Assembly (NCBI GenBank): GCA_958421325.1
Contig: CATZLO010000002.1
Location: 529-64,528, forward strand
Length of the DNA: 64,000 nucleotides
From: an uncultured Bacilli bacterium
Lineage (GTDB): Bacteria; Bacillota_I; Bacilli_A; RF39; UBA660
Direction: 5' to 3'
In this document: positions 34,971-45,976 of the stretch, piece by piece
How the letters are laid out: each line of letters begins with the position of its first letter
How positions within the stretch are numbered: the first letter of the stretch is position 1
Made by a program: the position numbers and the translations under genes
Notes under the pieces: model-generated
Database searches by the model: none
What the model was told of the DNA's origin: nothing
The model's input: only the letters and a program-made list of their open reading frames with translations

Positions 34971-36621
34971 GGAAATTAATGATTATTTAGAGTATTACAA
35001 TAAATGCTCAAATGTCTTTAACAATGAAAGAAAATTATTAATTGAAAATATTGTTAAACCTACTTTAGCAAGAGATGATATATTTTTTGATAAAGAAACT
35101 TATTATAAGTGTATTAGATTTGTTGAAAGATGGTACTATCCTCTATTTCCATATCAAAAGTTTGTGTATGCTTTTGTGTTTATGTATAAAAATGATGTAC
35201 CTGTCTTCAGAACATTTATTATTTTGGAAGGCAGAGGAAATGGTAAAGATGGCTTTATTGTTCCATTACTACATTTTTTAACTACTCAATATTATGGTGT
35301 AGAAAATTATAATATTGATATTGTGGCAACTTCTGAAGATCAAGCTAATGATACTTATGATGTTGCTTATAATGTTTTAGATAATAATAAAGATTTAATG
35401 AGAAAATATTTTTATTGGAACAAAGAATATTTTGTTAATAGAATTACAAAAGCTAGATTTAGGTTTAACACTTCAAATGCAGCTACTAAAGATGGTAAAA
35501 AGAGTGGTGCTATTCTTTTTAATGAGTATCATGCTTATCTAACTGATAAGAATATTAAAGTTTATCAGGGTGGCTTAGGAAAAGTAAAACATGGTCGAAT
35601 TTTTATTATTACCTCAAATGGTGATGTGAGAGGCGGACCATTAGACGAATTGTTAGAGATATGCCAGCAAGTATTAAAAACAGGTGAAAATGAGTTAAGA
35701 TATTTTCCTTTTTTATGTAAAATGGATAATTTAGAAGAAGTTGATAATCCAAATCTTTGGGAAAAAGCTAATCCTTCACTACCATTTCTTCCAGAACTTC
35801 AAGATGCAATTATGATAGATTGGGTAGAGCAAAAAAGTAGGCCATCAAAAAGAAGTGAATTTTTAAGTAAAAGAATGAATCTACCAGCAGAAAGAGATGA
35901 TTTAATCATAACTTCTTGGAGTAACATATTAAAGGCATCTTATAAGGATGTTGAAAATAAAATTCCAAGAGATTATATTCCAAAGAAAAATCAGTCAGCT
36001 ATAATTGGAATTGATTTTGCATCTCTTAGAGATTTTGCATCTGTTGGCATTTTAACAAAAAATGGAGAAGAATTATGTTGGAGACAAAAAACTGTTATTT
36101 GTTCTTCCAATAAATTTTATAAAGATATAAAATTCCCTTTTCATAATGTTGGGCAAGAAGGTTTCGAAGATTTTATTATAGTTGATACACCATCAATAGA
36201 TGAAAGCATCATTGTTAATTGGGCATTAGAATATTTTAATAATTATGACATTAAGAAAATTATTTTAGATAATTATAGGTATCAGCTTATTAAGAAAACT
36301 TTTGAGAGTTCCGGAATATCAGTGGAAACTAAAGATAATAAAAATGGCTTAATCAGAATGATTAGATATCCTGCATCTATTGCTTCAATTGTTGCTCCTA
36401 AACTTGAAGTGTTATTTGAAAATAACAATTTAAATATAGGTGATAGTGCAATTATGCGTTGGTCCATCAATAATACTTGTTTGAAAACAAAAAAAGATGG
36501 CAATATGTATTTTGAAAAGGTAGAACCTAAATTAAGAAAAAATGATCCATTTATGGCTATGATATGTGCTTTAAGTGGTGAAGAATTATTAGACGAAACA
36601 ATAGAGTACGTTTATGTTTAA
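34951..36621 (+). CDS. Terminase large subunit
   Basis: 556 aa. ATPase block ILEGRGNGKDG, nuclease half. Overlaps terS. Confidence 0.85.
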   Translation: MKMIYCKEINDYLEYYNKCSNVFNNERKLLIENIVKPTLARDDIFFDKETYYKCIRFVERWYYPLFPYQKFVYAFVFMYKNDVPVFRTFIILEGRGNGKDGFIVPLLHFLTTQYYGVENYNIDIVATSEDQANDTYDVAYNVLDNNKDLMRKYFYWNKEYFVNRITKARFRFNTSNAATKDGKKSGAILFNEYHAYLTDKNIKVYQGGLGKVKHGRIFIITSNGDVRGGPLDELLEICQQVLKTGENELRYFPFLCKMDNLEEVDNPNLWEKANPSLPFLPELQDAIMIDWVEQKSRPSKRSEFLSKRMNLPAERDDLIITSWSNILKASYKDVENKIPRDYIPKKNQSAIIGIDFASLRDFASVGILTKNGEELCWRQKTVICSSNKFYKDIKFPFHNVGQEGFEDFIIVDTPSIDESIIVNWALEYFNNYDIKKIILDNYRYQLIKKTFESSGISVETKDNKNGLIRMIRYPASIASIVAPKLEVLFENNNLNIGDSAIMRWSINNTCLKTKKDGNMYFEKVEPKLRKNDPFMAMICALSGEELLDETIEYVYV

Positions 36622-36630
36622 TACAAGGAG

Positions 36631-37839
36631 GTGAAAGACTTGGGATTAATAGAACGACTTTTTGGTAAAACTGATAATAAAAAGATGGAAGAATTTATTA
36701 GTGCAATATTTTTTGCTAAAAAGAAACAATTAGAAATTAAAAGGCATGCTATAGAGCATGCTATAGATATAATTGCTAAAACGATTTCTAAATCAGAAAT
36801 ACAAATTTATAGATTAAATCCTGAAAATGGTAAAGTTCAAAAAAATGGAAGTGATTTAGAATATTATAAATTAAATATAAGACCTAATGAAAATGAGACA
36901 GCAACCTCATTTTTTTATAAAGTAATTAAAAAATATTTGGAGGAAGAAGAAGCTTTAATTGTTTGTTTAAATGAAAAATTATATTTGGCTGATAGTTTTA
37001 TAGCAAACAAAAATATATTGCTTCCTAAAACATATACTAATGTTCAGATTAGTGATGATCAAGGAAATGCCATTATATTGGATAAAGCTTTTATTGAGGA
37101 AGATGTTATTCACTTAAGTTTAAAATCATCCAATATAAAAGAAACATTAGATAATTATTATAAAGAATTAGGAAGTTTATTAGGAATTGCTAGTTCTCAT
37201 TATAAATTAAATAATCTTCATAAGTTTCGATTAAAAATTCCTGGAGGACAACCCAAGTTAAAAGATCCTACTACTGATGATGAGATAAGTTATGAAGAAT
37301 ATAAAAATAGAATAACCAGAGGTCTGTTTGATGAAGAAGATGCAATTGTGTTGTTATCTGAGACTTTCGGACTTGAAAAAATTGATTTTGGTCAAGGAAC
37401 AACATCAGATGAATGGTCCAAATTAGAAAAAAAATGGTCAGATAAAGTTGCAATGAGTTATAACATTCCACTTGATATTTTTTATGGTAATAAAACTGAT
37501 AAATCTACATCTACAAATGATTTTATTACATTTGGAATATTACCTCATTTACAAATTATAGAAGATAATCTTAATGCAAAAATTATAGGTGTAGATAATT
37601 ATCTAAAGGGTGAGAGAATAAAAATAAATAGATTCAATATGAAACATTTAGATATTTTGGAAAGTGCTACTAGTATGGATAAATTATTCTCTAATGGTTA
37701 TAGTCATAATGAGATTAATGAATTTATTGGTTTACCAAAAATAGATGAAGAATGGGCTGATAAACATTATATTACTAAAAATTATCAAAATGCTGAAATA
37801 GCTTTGGAAGGAGGTGATGGGAATGAGGGAGAAGAATAA
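36631..37839 (+). CDS. Portal protein (HK97 family)
   Basis: Position after terL, about 400 aa. The start may be TTG 36640, 6 nt after AAGGAGGTG. Confidence 0.8.
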   Translation: MKDLGLIERLFGKTDNKKMEEFISAIFFAKKKQLEIKRHAIEHAIDIIAKTISKSEIQIYRLNPENGKVQKNGSDLEYYKLNIRPNENETATSFFYKVIKKYLEEEEALIVCLNEKLYLADSFIANKNILLPKTYTNVQISDDQGNAIILDKAFIEEDVIHLSLKSSNIKETLDNYYKELGSLLGIASSHYKLNNLHKFRLKIPGGQPKLKDPTTDDEISYEEYKNRITRGLFDEEDAIVLLSETFGLEKIDFGQGTTSDEWSKLEKKWSDKVAMSYNIPLDIFYGNKTDKSTSTNDFITFGILPHLQIIEDNLNAKIIGVDNYLKGERIKINRFNMKHLDILESATSMDKLFSNGYSHNEINEFIGLPKIDEEWADKHYITKNYQNAEIALEGGDGNEGEE

Positions 37840-38548
37840 ATATTTTCAGTTTGTGAAATTAGATGATACAGTAACAGAATTATACATTTATGGAGATATT
37901 AGAAAGCCTGATTTAATTGAAAAATGGCTCGATATTGATGATGAGTCAAGAGTAGATGCTTATAGCTTTAAAGATGCTTTAAAGGCAGTTGATACACCTA
38001 ATCTTTTAGTTAGAATTAATTCAATGGGAGGTAGTGTATCAGAAGGATTAGCAATTTATAGTCTATTATCTGATTTCCCAGGAAATATTATTACTCAAGT
38101 TGATGGATTTGCTTGTAGTGCTGCAAGTGTTATTTTTATGGCAGGAAAAGAAAGAATTATGCAGAAAAGTGGGTTAATTATGATTCATAATGCTTGGATG
38201 GAAGCAACTGGTGATTCAAATGAATTGAGAAAAGCTGCTGATGATTTAGAAATTATTACTAAACCAAGTGTAAATATTTATGTATCTAAAACAGGTTTAT
38301 CAGAAGAAGAGATAAAAGCAATGATGGATAAAGAAACTTGGATGGATTATAAACTTGCATTTGAAAAAGGCTTTGCTACATCAATTCAAAGTGAGAATGA
38401 TGCAGAACAGTCAATTAAAGATATTAATTCTTATATAAGAAATCTAGTTAATGAAAATTTTAAGTTGAAAAAAGAAGTTGAAAACTTAACAATAACTAAT
38501 ACAAATAAAGAAAATAAAGACTCTTGGAAGTCTTTTTTAAATTTATAA
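37814..38548 (+). CDS. ClpP-like head maturation protease
   Basis: INSMGGSVSEG, GFACSAASVIFMAG, IMIHNAW (Ser/His blocks). Confidence 0.85.
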   Translation: MMGMREKNKYFQFVKLDDTVTELYIYGDIRKPDLIEKWLDIDDESRVDAYSFKDALKAVDTPNLLVRINSMGGSVSEGLAIYSLLSDFPGNIITQVDGFACSAASVIFMAGKERIMQKSGLIMIHNAWMEATGDSNELRKAADDLEIITKPSVNIYVSKTGLSEEEIKAMMDKETWMDYKLAFEKGFATSIQSENDAEQSIKDINSYIRNLVNENFKLKKEVENLTITNTNKENKDSWKSFLNL

Positions 38549-38568
38549 AAAGAAAGAAGGTAAAAAAT

Positions 38569-39729
38569 ATGGTATTAAATGATAAGAAATTTAATGAATT
38601 AAAACAAAAAGCAATAACTATGCTAAATGAAAGTGAAGATAAAGCTACAGCAATAGCTGATGTAGTTGATATGTTTGCTAGTGAAAAAAATAAAGATTTA
38701 ATTGAAGAGATTCAAGCTCAAGCTATAAAAGCTAATTCTGATAGTGATTATGCAAGTAAATTAGGTTTACGTGTTTTAAGCAAAGAAGAAGAAAACTTTT
38801 ATGAAAAATTTAAAGATATTAAACAAGCTATTACTGGTGCACAAATTGATTTAATTCCAACATCAATTGTTGATCTAACTTTAGAAAATGTAAAAGCAAC
38901 AGAACCAGTATTAAAATTAATTACATTTACACCTGCTGGAGTTAAAAGATGGATTACAGCAGAAAGAACTGGTGCTTATTCTTGGTCTGGACTAACAGAA
39001 AAATTAAAAGGTGAATTAAGCGCCAATGTAAAAGGTTTAGTAACTGATTTAGGTAAATTAGAGGCTTATTTAATAATTCCAAAGGCTATTAGAGAATTAA
39101 GTTATCAATTTATTGATAAATACTTTATGGCTATTTTATCAGAAGCTTTAAGAGATGGTATAGCATATGGTTATTTACAAGGAACAGGTAAAGAACAACC
39201 AATTGGAATTTATAAACAAATTGATAAAACTAATGAGGATGGGACTCATCAAGATAAGACTGTTAATAATAGTTTAACTAAATTTACACCTAAAGGTATG
39301 GCTCCTGCTAAAGTATATTTAAGTAACAAAGGTAAAAGAGTAGTTGATAAAATATATGTAGTTTGTAATCCAGAAGACGAAGCAAATTATGTAGCTCCTG
39401 CTATTTATGATGCAGAAGGAAATTTAGTTTCTGCTTTTAAAAATCTAGAAGTTATAACATGTACAGAAAATCCTAAAGGTAAAGCTGCTTTAACTCTTGA
39501 AGGCAAGTATACAATGGGAATAACTGAGGTTAAAATGAATGAGTATAAAGAAACTCTAGCCACTGATGATGCAGATCTAATTGTTGGAAAAGTTTATGCT
39601 AATGGTAGAGCAACAGCAGATAATGTTGCTTATATTTTTGATGTAACCAAACTAGAAGAATATATACCAACTATTAAAACTTTAGCAACAGTAGCATCTT
39701 TACCAGAAGGAACAGATGTAGGAGCTTAA
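38569..39729 (+). CDS. Major capsid protein (HK97-like)
   Basis: Position after the protease, about 386 aa. ATG 38569 inside track ORF 38524. Confidence 0.75.
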   Translation: MVLNDKKFNELKQKAITMLNESEDKATAIADVVDMFASEKNKDLIEEIQAQAIKANSDSDYASKLGLRVLSKEEENFYEKFKDIKQAITGAQIDLIPTSIVDLTLENVKATEPVLKLITFTPAGVKRWITAERTGAYSWSGLTEKLKGELSANVKGLVTDLGKLEAYLIIPKAIRELSYQFIDKYFMAILSEALRDGIAYGYLQGTGKEQPIGIYKQIDKTNEDGTHQDKTVNNSLTKFTPKGMAPAKVYLSNKGKRVVDKIYVVCNPEDEANYVAPAIYDAEGNLVSAFKNLEVITCTENPKGKAALTLEGKYTMGITEVKMNEYKETLATDDADLIVGKVYANGRATADNVAYIFDVTKLEEYIPTIKTLATVASLPEGTDVGA

Positions 39730-39764
39730 TGCTCCTCGTCTTTATTTAAGGAGGAATAAATAAT

Positions 39765-40133
39765 ATGCATGTAGCAATAGATAAATTTAGGGATTTGAAA
39801 GATAATCATCTATACGTTAAAGGAGATCTTTACCCATATAAAAAGAAAAAGATTGATCAAGAAAGACTAGAGGAATTAATTGGATCTGATAATAAGTTAA
39901 ACAAACCACTAATTAAAGAGGTTAATATAACTGAGTTAACAGATTCACAACTAATTGAATATGCAGTAATTGAAGGAATTGATTTGAAAAGTTATATATT
40001 AGACGTAATAAATACAACTGGACTTGAAAAGCTAAAGAAGAAAGCAAAAAAATTAAAAATAGACTTTAATGATGATACTACATTAGAAGAATTAACAAGT
40101 TTGATAGTTGAAAAAGAAAGTTCTGAAGAATAA
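39765..40133 (+). CDS. Hypothetical head-associated protein
   Basis: Position only. Confidence 0.35.
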   Translation: MHVAIDKFRDLKDNHLYVKGDLYPYKKKKIDQERLEELIGSDNKLNKPLIKEVNITELTDSQLIEYAVIEGIDLKSYILDVINTTGLEKLKKKAKKLKIDFNDDTTLEELTSLIVEKESSEE

Positions 40134-40426
40134 TGATTTTTGATGAGAAATCTGTAGCAGATATTGTTAAAGAAGTTAGAATAGAACAGTCAATTTCACC
40201 TAAAATACCAGATGATAATTTTACAAATTATGTTAAGGAGGGTATGTATAACATAAATGATTCTGTTGGTTGTATGATTAATTATGATGAAGATTTAGAG
40301 GCTAGAGTTTTGTTAAAAAATTATGTTTTATACGCAAATCATAAAAGACTAGCAGAATTCAAAGAATTATACATAGCAGATTATGTCAAACTTCAAATTA
40401 AATATAACATCGATACCAGTATATAA
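40133..40426 (+). CDS. Head-tail connector (gp6-like)
   Basis: Size and position. Confidence 0.45.
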   Translation: MIFDEKSVADIVKEVRIEQSISPKIPDDNFTNYVKEGMYNINDSVGCMINYDEDLEARVLLKNYVLYANHKRLAEFKELYIADYVKLQIKYNIDTSI

Positions 40427-40769
40427 TGATGGTGCTTTTAAATTATTTAAAATAGTGCAAGATGATAAAGCATTTCCTTTTGAAAGAATTAAGCAACTTT
40501 ATTCTGATAATTTTTTCTATGAAGAATTGTCATTAACAGATGATATAGCATTTGAAAATGATAAAAGGGATAGAAAGATAAAATATAAGATTAGGATTGC
40601 TCAAGATAAGGACATAACATCAGAAAACGTTTTAAAAATAGATAATGAATATTATCAAGTTTTTAATATATATCATTTTAAAAATAAAGATGGATATTTA
40701 CAAAGTGATATTACATTACAAGAATATCCATCGCCTAAAATTATGGAGGATAATGATGACAAAAAGTGA
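40383..40769 (+). CDS. Head closure / head-tail adaptor protein
   Basis: Size, position, and a ..IDNEYYQVFNIY.. block typical of adaptors. Confidence 0.4.
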   Translation: MSNFKLNITSIPVYNDGAFKLFKIVQDDKAFPFERIKQLYSDNFFYEELSLTDDIAFENDKRDRKIKYKIRIAQDKDITSENVLKIDNEYYQVFNIYHFKNKDGYLQSDITLQEYPSPKIMEDNDDKK

Positions 40770-41097
40770 TTTAGAAAAAATATTTAAGAAACTTGAAATT
40801 ACTTATAATGAAGGTATTCAATATATGGAAAAAAATGATTTATATCCCAGAATAGTTTATTTTGAATATTTGTGGGAAGATATATTAGCATCTGGAAAAA
40901 AATATGATGGTATTGTTCATTATCAAGTATCTTTTAGATCATTAGAACCTCGTGATTTTAAATTAATAGAGTTGAAAAAACTTTTAAATGATTCTGATAT
41001 ACATCCTAGAATTTCTATAGAATATATAAAAGATAAAAGGGAGTGGCATTCATATTTTGCAGTAGAGGTAATAGAGGATGTCTGTTCAGGCTTATGA
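40756..41097 (+). CDS. Hypothetical tail-completion protein
   Basis: ATG follows ATGGAGGA. Position only. Confidence 0.35.
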   Translation: MTKSDLEKIFKKLEITYNEGIQYMEKNDLYPRIVYFEYLWEDILASGKKYDGIVHYQVSFRSLEPRDFKLIELKKLLNDSDIHPRISIEYIKDKREWHSYFAVEVIEDVCSGL

Positions 41098-41434
41098 TGG
41101 GTTTGCTTCTTTAATTGATGAATTAGATTTCTTAATTAAAAATGTTGAAAAACCAACTGAAATATTAGAAGTTGGCGCTAAAGAACTTGTTAAAGATTTG
41201 TTGAAACTAACTAAACCTTATTCAAAAATAACGGGTAGTGGTTATACTCATTTAGTTAATAGCTTTTGCTATGAAGTAAAAGACAACGAAGTAGAAGTAG
41301 GGTGGGGCAAATATTATGGGAGAATGGTTGAAGAAGGAACAAAGTTAACTTCTCCACACCCTCATTTAGTTCCCACTTTTGAAAAAAATAATGATAAATA
41401 TTATGAAAAAATGATAGAAAGAATTTATAGATAG
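41078..41434 (+). CDS. HK97 gp10-family tail component
   Basis: ..VGWGKYYGRMVEEGT.. block and position. Confidence 0.55.
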   Translation: MSVQAYDGFASLIDELDFLIKNVEKPTEILEVGAKELVKDLLKLTKPYSKITGSGYTHLVNSFCYEVKDNEVEVGWGKYYGRMVEEGTKLTSPHPHLVPTFEKNNDKYYEKMIERIYR

Positions 41435-41445
41435 GAGGAATATAA

Positions 41446-42075
41446 ATGCCAATAAAATCAAAAAGACCAATGATGAAAGAAACAGTGGGTGCACAATATT
41501 ATGCATTTAATGTTCTTGATGAAGATGGTAACGTAGACTTAGAAAATTATGAGGAAACAATAAAGACAGATGTTGTTAAGCAAATAGGAACTACTGAAAA
41601 TGGAGAAAATACTACTGTTCGTGCTTCTGGTAAAGACTATGCTAGTTTTAATAATATATCTAGTACTGATTTAGCAGTAGAAGTAGTTGCATTTCCACAA
41701 GAAGATTTAGCACGTATGAGAGGAGAAACTATTGATGAAGGTGGGCTCAATTCTTCTGGAGGTGTTAAAGAAAGACCATATTTTGCATATGGTAAAGTTG
41801 TCAAATTAGTTGGGGGAGGAGTAAGATATGACTGGTATCCTAAATGCCAATTAATTGAAAATACAGATGACATTGCAACTAGTGAAGAAAGTTTTTCTGA
41901 ACAAAATGATACAGTTACAATTAGAGCTTATGAATTTAATGATAAAGGTGATAATAAAAATTATGTTGATAGTACAATGACAAACTTTCCTGAAGGTCTT
42001 ACAGAAGAAAAGTTCTTTGAAAAACCTATTGTTACTAAAGAAGATTTGGCTAGTGCTATTACACCAGCAGCTTAA
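41446..42075 (+). CDS. Major tail protein
   Basis: Position upstream of the chaperone and tape measure genes. 209 aa. Confidence 0.65.
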   Translation: MPIKSKRPMMKETVGAQYYAFNVLDEDGNVDLENYEETIKTDVVKQIGTTENGENTTVRASGKDYASFNNISSTDLAVEVVAFPQEDLARMRGETIDEGGLNSSGGVKERPYFAYGKVVKLVGGGVRYDWYPKCQLIENTDDIATSEESFSEQNDTVTIRAYEFNDKGDNKNYVDSTMTNFPEGLTEEKFFEKPIVTKEDLASAITPAA

Positions 42076-42124
42076 GAGAGTTAATTTATATTAGTTCTCT
42101 GTTTTTTTATTTAGGAGGTGACTT

Positions 42125-42457
42125 ATGGCAATTATTATTTTAAAAAATGGCAAAAAAGTTGAGTTAGAGTGGAGTTTTCTTGTTATGCAATATTTAGAAG
42201 ACTACGAAGGTGGTTTAAAGAAATTAAAACTAGATATGCAACAAAAAAAGAATTTACTAAAAATAGAAAGTTTATTTATTTATGCTGCTGTAAGATCTAA
42301 TTATGATGAACCACTTGGTTATCAAGAGGCCATTAGATTAGTAAAAATGGAAGATATTAACACTATTAATAAATTTTTTGAAGATAATTTAAAAACACAA
42401 ACTGATTTTAAAAAAAAAGGCCAGAAATATATACCACGAAAGAAATCGAAAAAATAG
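42125..42457 (+). CDS. Tail assembly chaperone (G)
   Basis: Position. Contains the slippery A9 run near its 3' end. Confidence 0.6.
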   Translation: MAIIILKNGKKVELEWSFLVMQYLEDYEGGLKKLKLDMQQKKNLLKIESLFIYAAVRSNYDEPLGYQEAIRLVKMEDINTINKFFEDNLKTQTDFKKKGQKYIPRKKSKK

Positions 42458-42591
42458 ATTGGCCTACTATTAAATATACTGCAATTACAATTGGATTAAG
42501 TATAGATGAATTAATGCATTTAAATCCGATTGATTTTTATAAAATGGTTGATATGTACACAAAAATGCAAAGGAAGAAATATGGCAAATGA
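42125..42591 (+). CDS. Tail assembly chaperone GT fusion via -1 programmed frameshift
   Basis: A9 run at 42410-42418. The -1 frame is open from 42412 to TGA 42589-42591 and reads KKRPEIYTTKEIEKIDWPTIKYTAITIGLSIDELMHLNPIDFYKMVDMYTKMQRKKYGK. Confidence 0.55.
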
Positions 42592-45124
42592 TTTAAAAAA
42601 AGTAGGCCTTATATTTAATGCTGATGGTAGTGCTGATTTTATAAAATCATTAAATAGTGTAAATGCTTCTTTGAAAGAAAATTATCAAGATTTTAAAGCA
42701 GTTCAAGCTCAATATGATGAAAATACTACTTCTAGTCAAAAATTACTTGATAAATTAGATTATTTAAATTCTGCATATGATCTTCAAAAAAATAAAGTTA
42801 AAGTTTTAAAGGAAGAGTTAGAGGAACTAGAAAATTCTGAAAATAGAAATGAGGTAGCAATAACTAAAAAAAGAACATCTTTAAAAGCAGCAGAAACACA
42901 GTTAACAAGATATGGTTTTCAAATAAAGGATGTTAGTAAACAAATAGAGCTGGGAACAGCAAATTTAAAAGATTATTCAAAACAACTTCAAGAAAATGGG
43001 CAAAAATTAACAGATGCCGGTAAGAAAGCATCTATTCTTTCTGCAGGAATAATCGGTGTTGATACTGCTATTGTAAGTACCGCTATGTCGTTAGAATCTG
43101 CTACAAATAGATATATAACTGCTACTGGAACTAGTGTAACAGAAACAGAACGGTTCGGAACAATATTAAAAAATATACATGATAATAATTATGGTAGTGA
43201 TTATGCTGATATAGCAGATAAAATGGCATTAGTGAAACAACAATTAGGCGATATTAATGATGCTGATTTGCAAAATATAACAGAAAAAGCATATTTTTTA
43301 GAAGATGCTTTTGGTATGGATTTTAATGAAACTATTAGAGGTGTTACTGGCCTAATAAATAATATGGGATTAACTGCTGATGAAGCATTTAATTATATTG
43401 TTGTAGGGGCGCAAAACGGTCTTAATAAATCTGATGAATTAACGGATAATATAGCTGAATATTCTCAGTTATGGGGCCAAGCAGGCTTTTCGGCTAAAGA
43501 AATGTTTACTATATTACAAAATGGATTAGATAGTGGTGCTTATAATTTAGATAAAGTAAATGATTTTGTTAAAGAATTTACTATATCCTTATCCGATGGA
43601 AGAATAGAAGAAAATTTAAGTTCTTTTTCATCTAGTACTAGAAATTTATTCACTGAATTTAAAAATGGAAATGCAACTGCCAAGGATGTATTTTATTCTG
43701 TTATTTCTGATTTAGAACAAATGGAAAATAAACAGGAGGCTTTAACTTTAGCTTCTAATGTATGGTCTGCCTTAGGTGAAGATAATGCTATGGCTATTAT
43801 TACATCTTTAAATGATGTTAGTAGTACTTATGAGGATGTTGCTAATAAAGCTAATTCTGCACAAGATACTATGTATAGTGGTTCAGAAGCTAAAGTTGAA
43901 AGTATGAAGAATAAAATACAGACATCTTTTTCATCAATGGGTGAAACAATGTTAGCAAATATACTTCCAGTTTTAGATAGTATGGCTAATGGTTTAGATA
44001 ATTTAATTAATTGGTTTGATAACTTAGATACTGGAACAAAAAATGTAATTATTACAATAGGATTATTAGTTGCTGCTATTGGTCCGCTATTAATAGTATT
44101 TGGTACATTAGCAAGTAGTATGAGTAAAATTATAAATTTATTTACTAATGAAAATGTTGTCTTAGCATTAAATGCTGTAAAAAAAGTTAAAGTAACGATT
44201 GCTACTAATGCGCTAAAAGTGGCGCAAATAGGATTAAATGGAGTTCTTACTATTGGAAAAATGGCAATAAATGGTGTATCCACAGCATTATCTTTTTTGG
44301 CTGCTAATCCAATTGTTTTAGTAATAACAGCAATAACAGCATTAGTTGCACTTTTTATTTATTTGTGGAATACAAACGAAAATTTTAAAAATTCAATTAT
44401 AAATGGTTGGAATTTTATTTTAGGTGTATTTGCTTCTGTTGATGAGTTTCTAACAGGAATTTTTCAAGCTGACTGGACTAATTCTTTTGGAATAGCTGGA
44501 AATGTAGTTAATGCTTTTATTGTAAATATATCAAATTTTTATAATTCTATTAAACAAATATTACAAGGTATTATAGACTTTGTTACAGGAGTTTTTACTG
44601 GCAATTGGTCTTTGGCTTGGGAAGGTGTTAGAAACATATTTGCAGGTGTGTTTAATAGTTTATTATCTATTGCTAAAGTTCCTTTGAATGGTATTATTGG
44701 ACTTTTGAACATTGTAATAGATGGATTAAATTTCTTAATAAGGGGATTAAATAAAATCAGTTTTGAAGTTCCTGACTGGGTTCCTGAGTATGGTGGAAAA
44801 AAAATAGGAATAAATATAAAACAAATAGGTAAAATTCCTTATATGGCAAATGGTGGTACCTTATTAAACGGAGCTGCAATCGTTGCTGAGGCAGGCCCAG
44901 AATTACTTTTGCAACAAGGAAATAAAACTAAAGTTGTTCCACTTAATAATAGAACTAAAAATACTAATGTAGATGGCAATAGTATTAATAATAATGACAA
45001 ACCAGTAGAATTTAAACCTACTATTAACATTAATAGTTATTCTAAGTATATTGGTCCAGCAGATGCTGCAAGAGAAGCTAGAAACGAGATGAGACAGTTA
45101 ATATGGAAATTGAAAAGAGGTTAA
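42581..45124 (+). CDS. Tape measure protein
   Basis: About 848 aa, coiled-coil N-terminus, hydrophobic central segments. ATG 42581 inside track ORF 42530. Confidence 0.85.
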   Translation: MANDLKKVGLIFNADGSADFIKSLNSVNASLKENYQDFKAVQAQYDENTTSSQKLLDKLDYLNSAYDLQKNKVKVLKEELEELENSENRNEVAITKKRTSLKAAETQLTRYGFQIKDVSKQIELGTANLKDYSKQLQENGQKLTDAGKKASILSAGIIGVDTAIVSTAMSLESATNRYITATGTSVTETERFGTILKNIHDNNYGSDYADIADKMALVKQQLGDINDADLQNITEKAYFLEDAFGMDFNETIRGVTGLINNMGLTADEAFNYIVVGAQNGLNKSDELTDNIAEYSQLWGQAGFSAKEMFTILQNGLDSGAYNLDKVNDFVKEFTISLSDGRIEENLSSFSSSTRNLFTEFKNGNATAKDVFYSVISDLEQMENKQEALTLASNVWSALGEDNAMAIITSLNDVSSTYEDVANKANSAQDTMYSGSEAKVESMKNKIQTSFSSMGETMLANILPVLDSMANGLDNLINWFDNLDTGTKNVIITIGLLVAAIGPLLIVFGTLASSMSKIINLFTNENVVLALNAVKKVKVTIATNALKVAQIGLNGVLTIGKMAINGVSTALSFLAANPIVLVITAITALVALFIYLWNTNENFKNSIINGWNFILGVFASVDEFLTGIFQADWTNSFGIAGNVVNAFIVNISNFYNSIKQILQGIIDFVTGVFTGNWSLAWEGVRNIFAGVFNSLLSIAKVPLNGIIGLLNIVIDGLNFLIRGLNKISFEVPDWVPEYGGKKIGINIKQIGKIPYMANGGTLLNGAAIVAEAGPELLLQQGNKTKVVPLNNRTKNTNVDGNSINNNDKPVEFKPTININSYSKYIGPADAAREARNEMRQLIWKLKRG

Positions 45125-45127
45125 GAT

Positions 45128-45976
45128 ATGGAAAAATTAGTATATGAAAATTCTTATGGTAATAAAATTGAATTAACAAATAAATTTCCTTATTTTTTAG
45201 AAGATTACACAGGAATTCACGAAAAGTCTTCTGAATTATATGGTATTAGCTCTGCTTTTGGAATTGGAGAACTCTATGTAGGAAGAAGTATAAATAAAAG
45301 GAATATTATGATTTATGGCTATTTTAAAAATAATTTTATTGAAAGAAGACAATTCCTATATAATGCTTTTCCAGATAATGATGAGGGAACACTTTTTTAT
45401 TATGAAGATGATTTTTCTTCAAAAATAAAATGCAGAGTTGAAAAAGTAGAAATTACTAAAACTGGTCCAATTAGATATTTTACAATTTCTTTAATTGCCT
45501 TTGAACCTTTCTTTACTGATATAGAAGAAACTATTATCCCTCTTGCTTCTTGGGAAGGAGGAATAGAATTCCCTTTAGAGATACCTGAAGAGGGAATAGA
45601 GTTTGAAACTAAAAATAATAATGTGGTAGCGGAAATTGATAATCCTACAAAAATTGAAAATGGCTTAACCATTATATTTACTTGTAGTGGTGCAGTGGGT
45701 AAACCTTCAATTAAAAACATAGTTAATCAAGAAATATTAACTTTAGATTATGATCTTGAGATAGGCGATGTAGTTACAATTACTACAGGCATAAATAATA
45801 AAAATATCATTCTAGCTAGAGATGGAGTTGAAACGAATATAAATAATTATTTATTATTTGGTACAAAGTTTTTACAATTAAAACCAGGACAAAATAATTT
45901 TAAAATTTTAGCAGAAGAAGGAATAGAAAATTTAACGACTGAAATTAGATATTCCTTATCTTATGAGGCAATTTAA
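45128..45976 (+). CDS. Distal tail protein (Dit)
   Basis: Position after the tape measure gene. 282 aa. Confidence 0.65.
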   Translation: MEKLVYENSYGNKIELTNKFPYFLEDYTGIHEKSSELYGISSAFGIGELYVGRSINKRNIMIYGYFKNNFIERRQFLYNAFPDNDEGTLFYYEDDFSSKIKCRVEKVEITKTGPIRYFTISLIAFEPFFTDIEETIIPLASWEGGIEFPLEIPEEGIEFETKNNNVVAEIDNPTKIENGLTIIFTCSGAVGKPSIKNIVNQEILTLDYDLEIGDVVTITTGINNKNIILARDGVETNINNYLLFGTKFLQLKPGQNNFKILAEEGIENLTTEIRYSLSYEAI

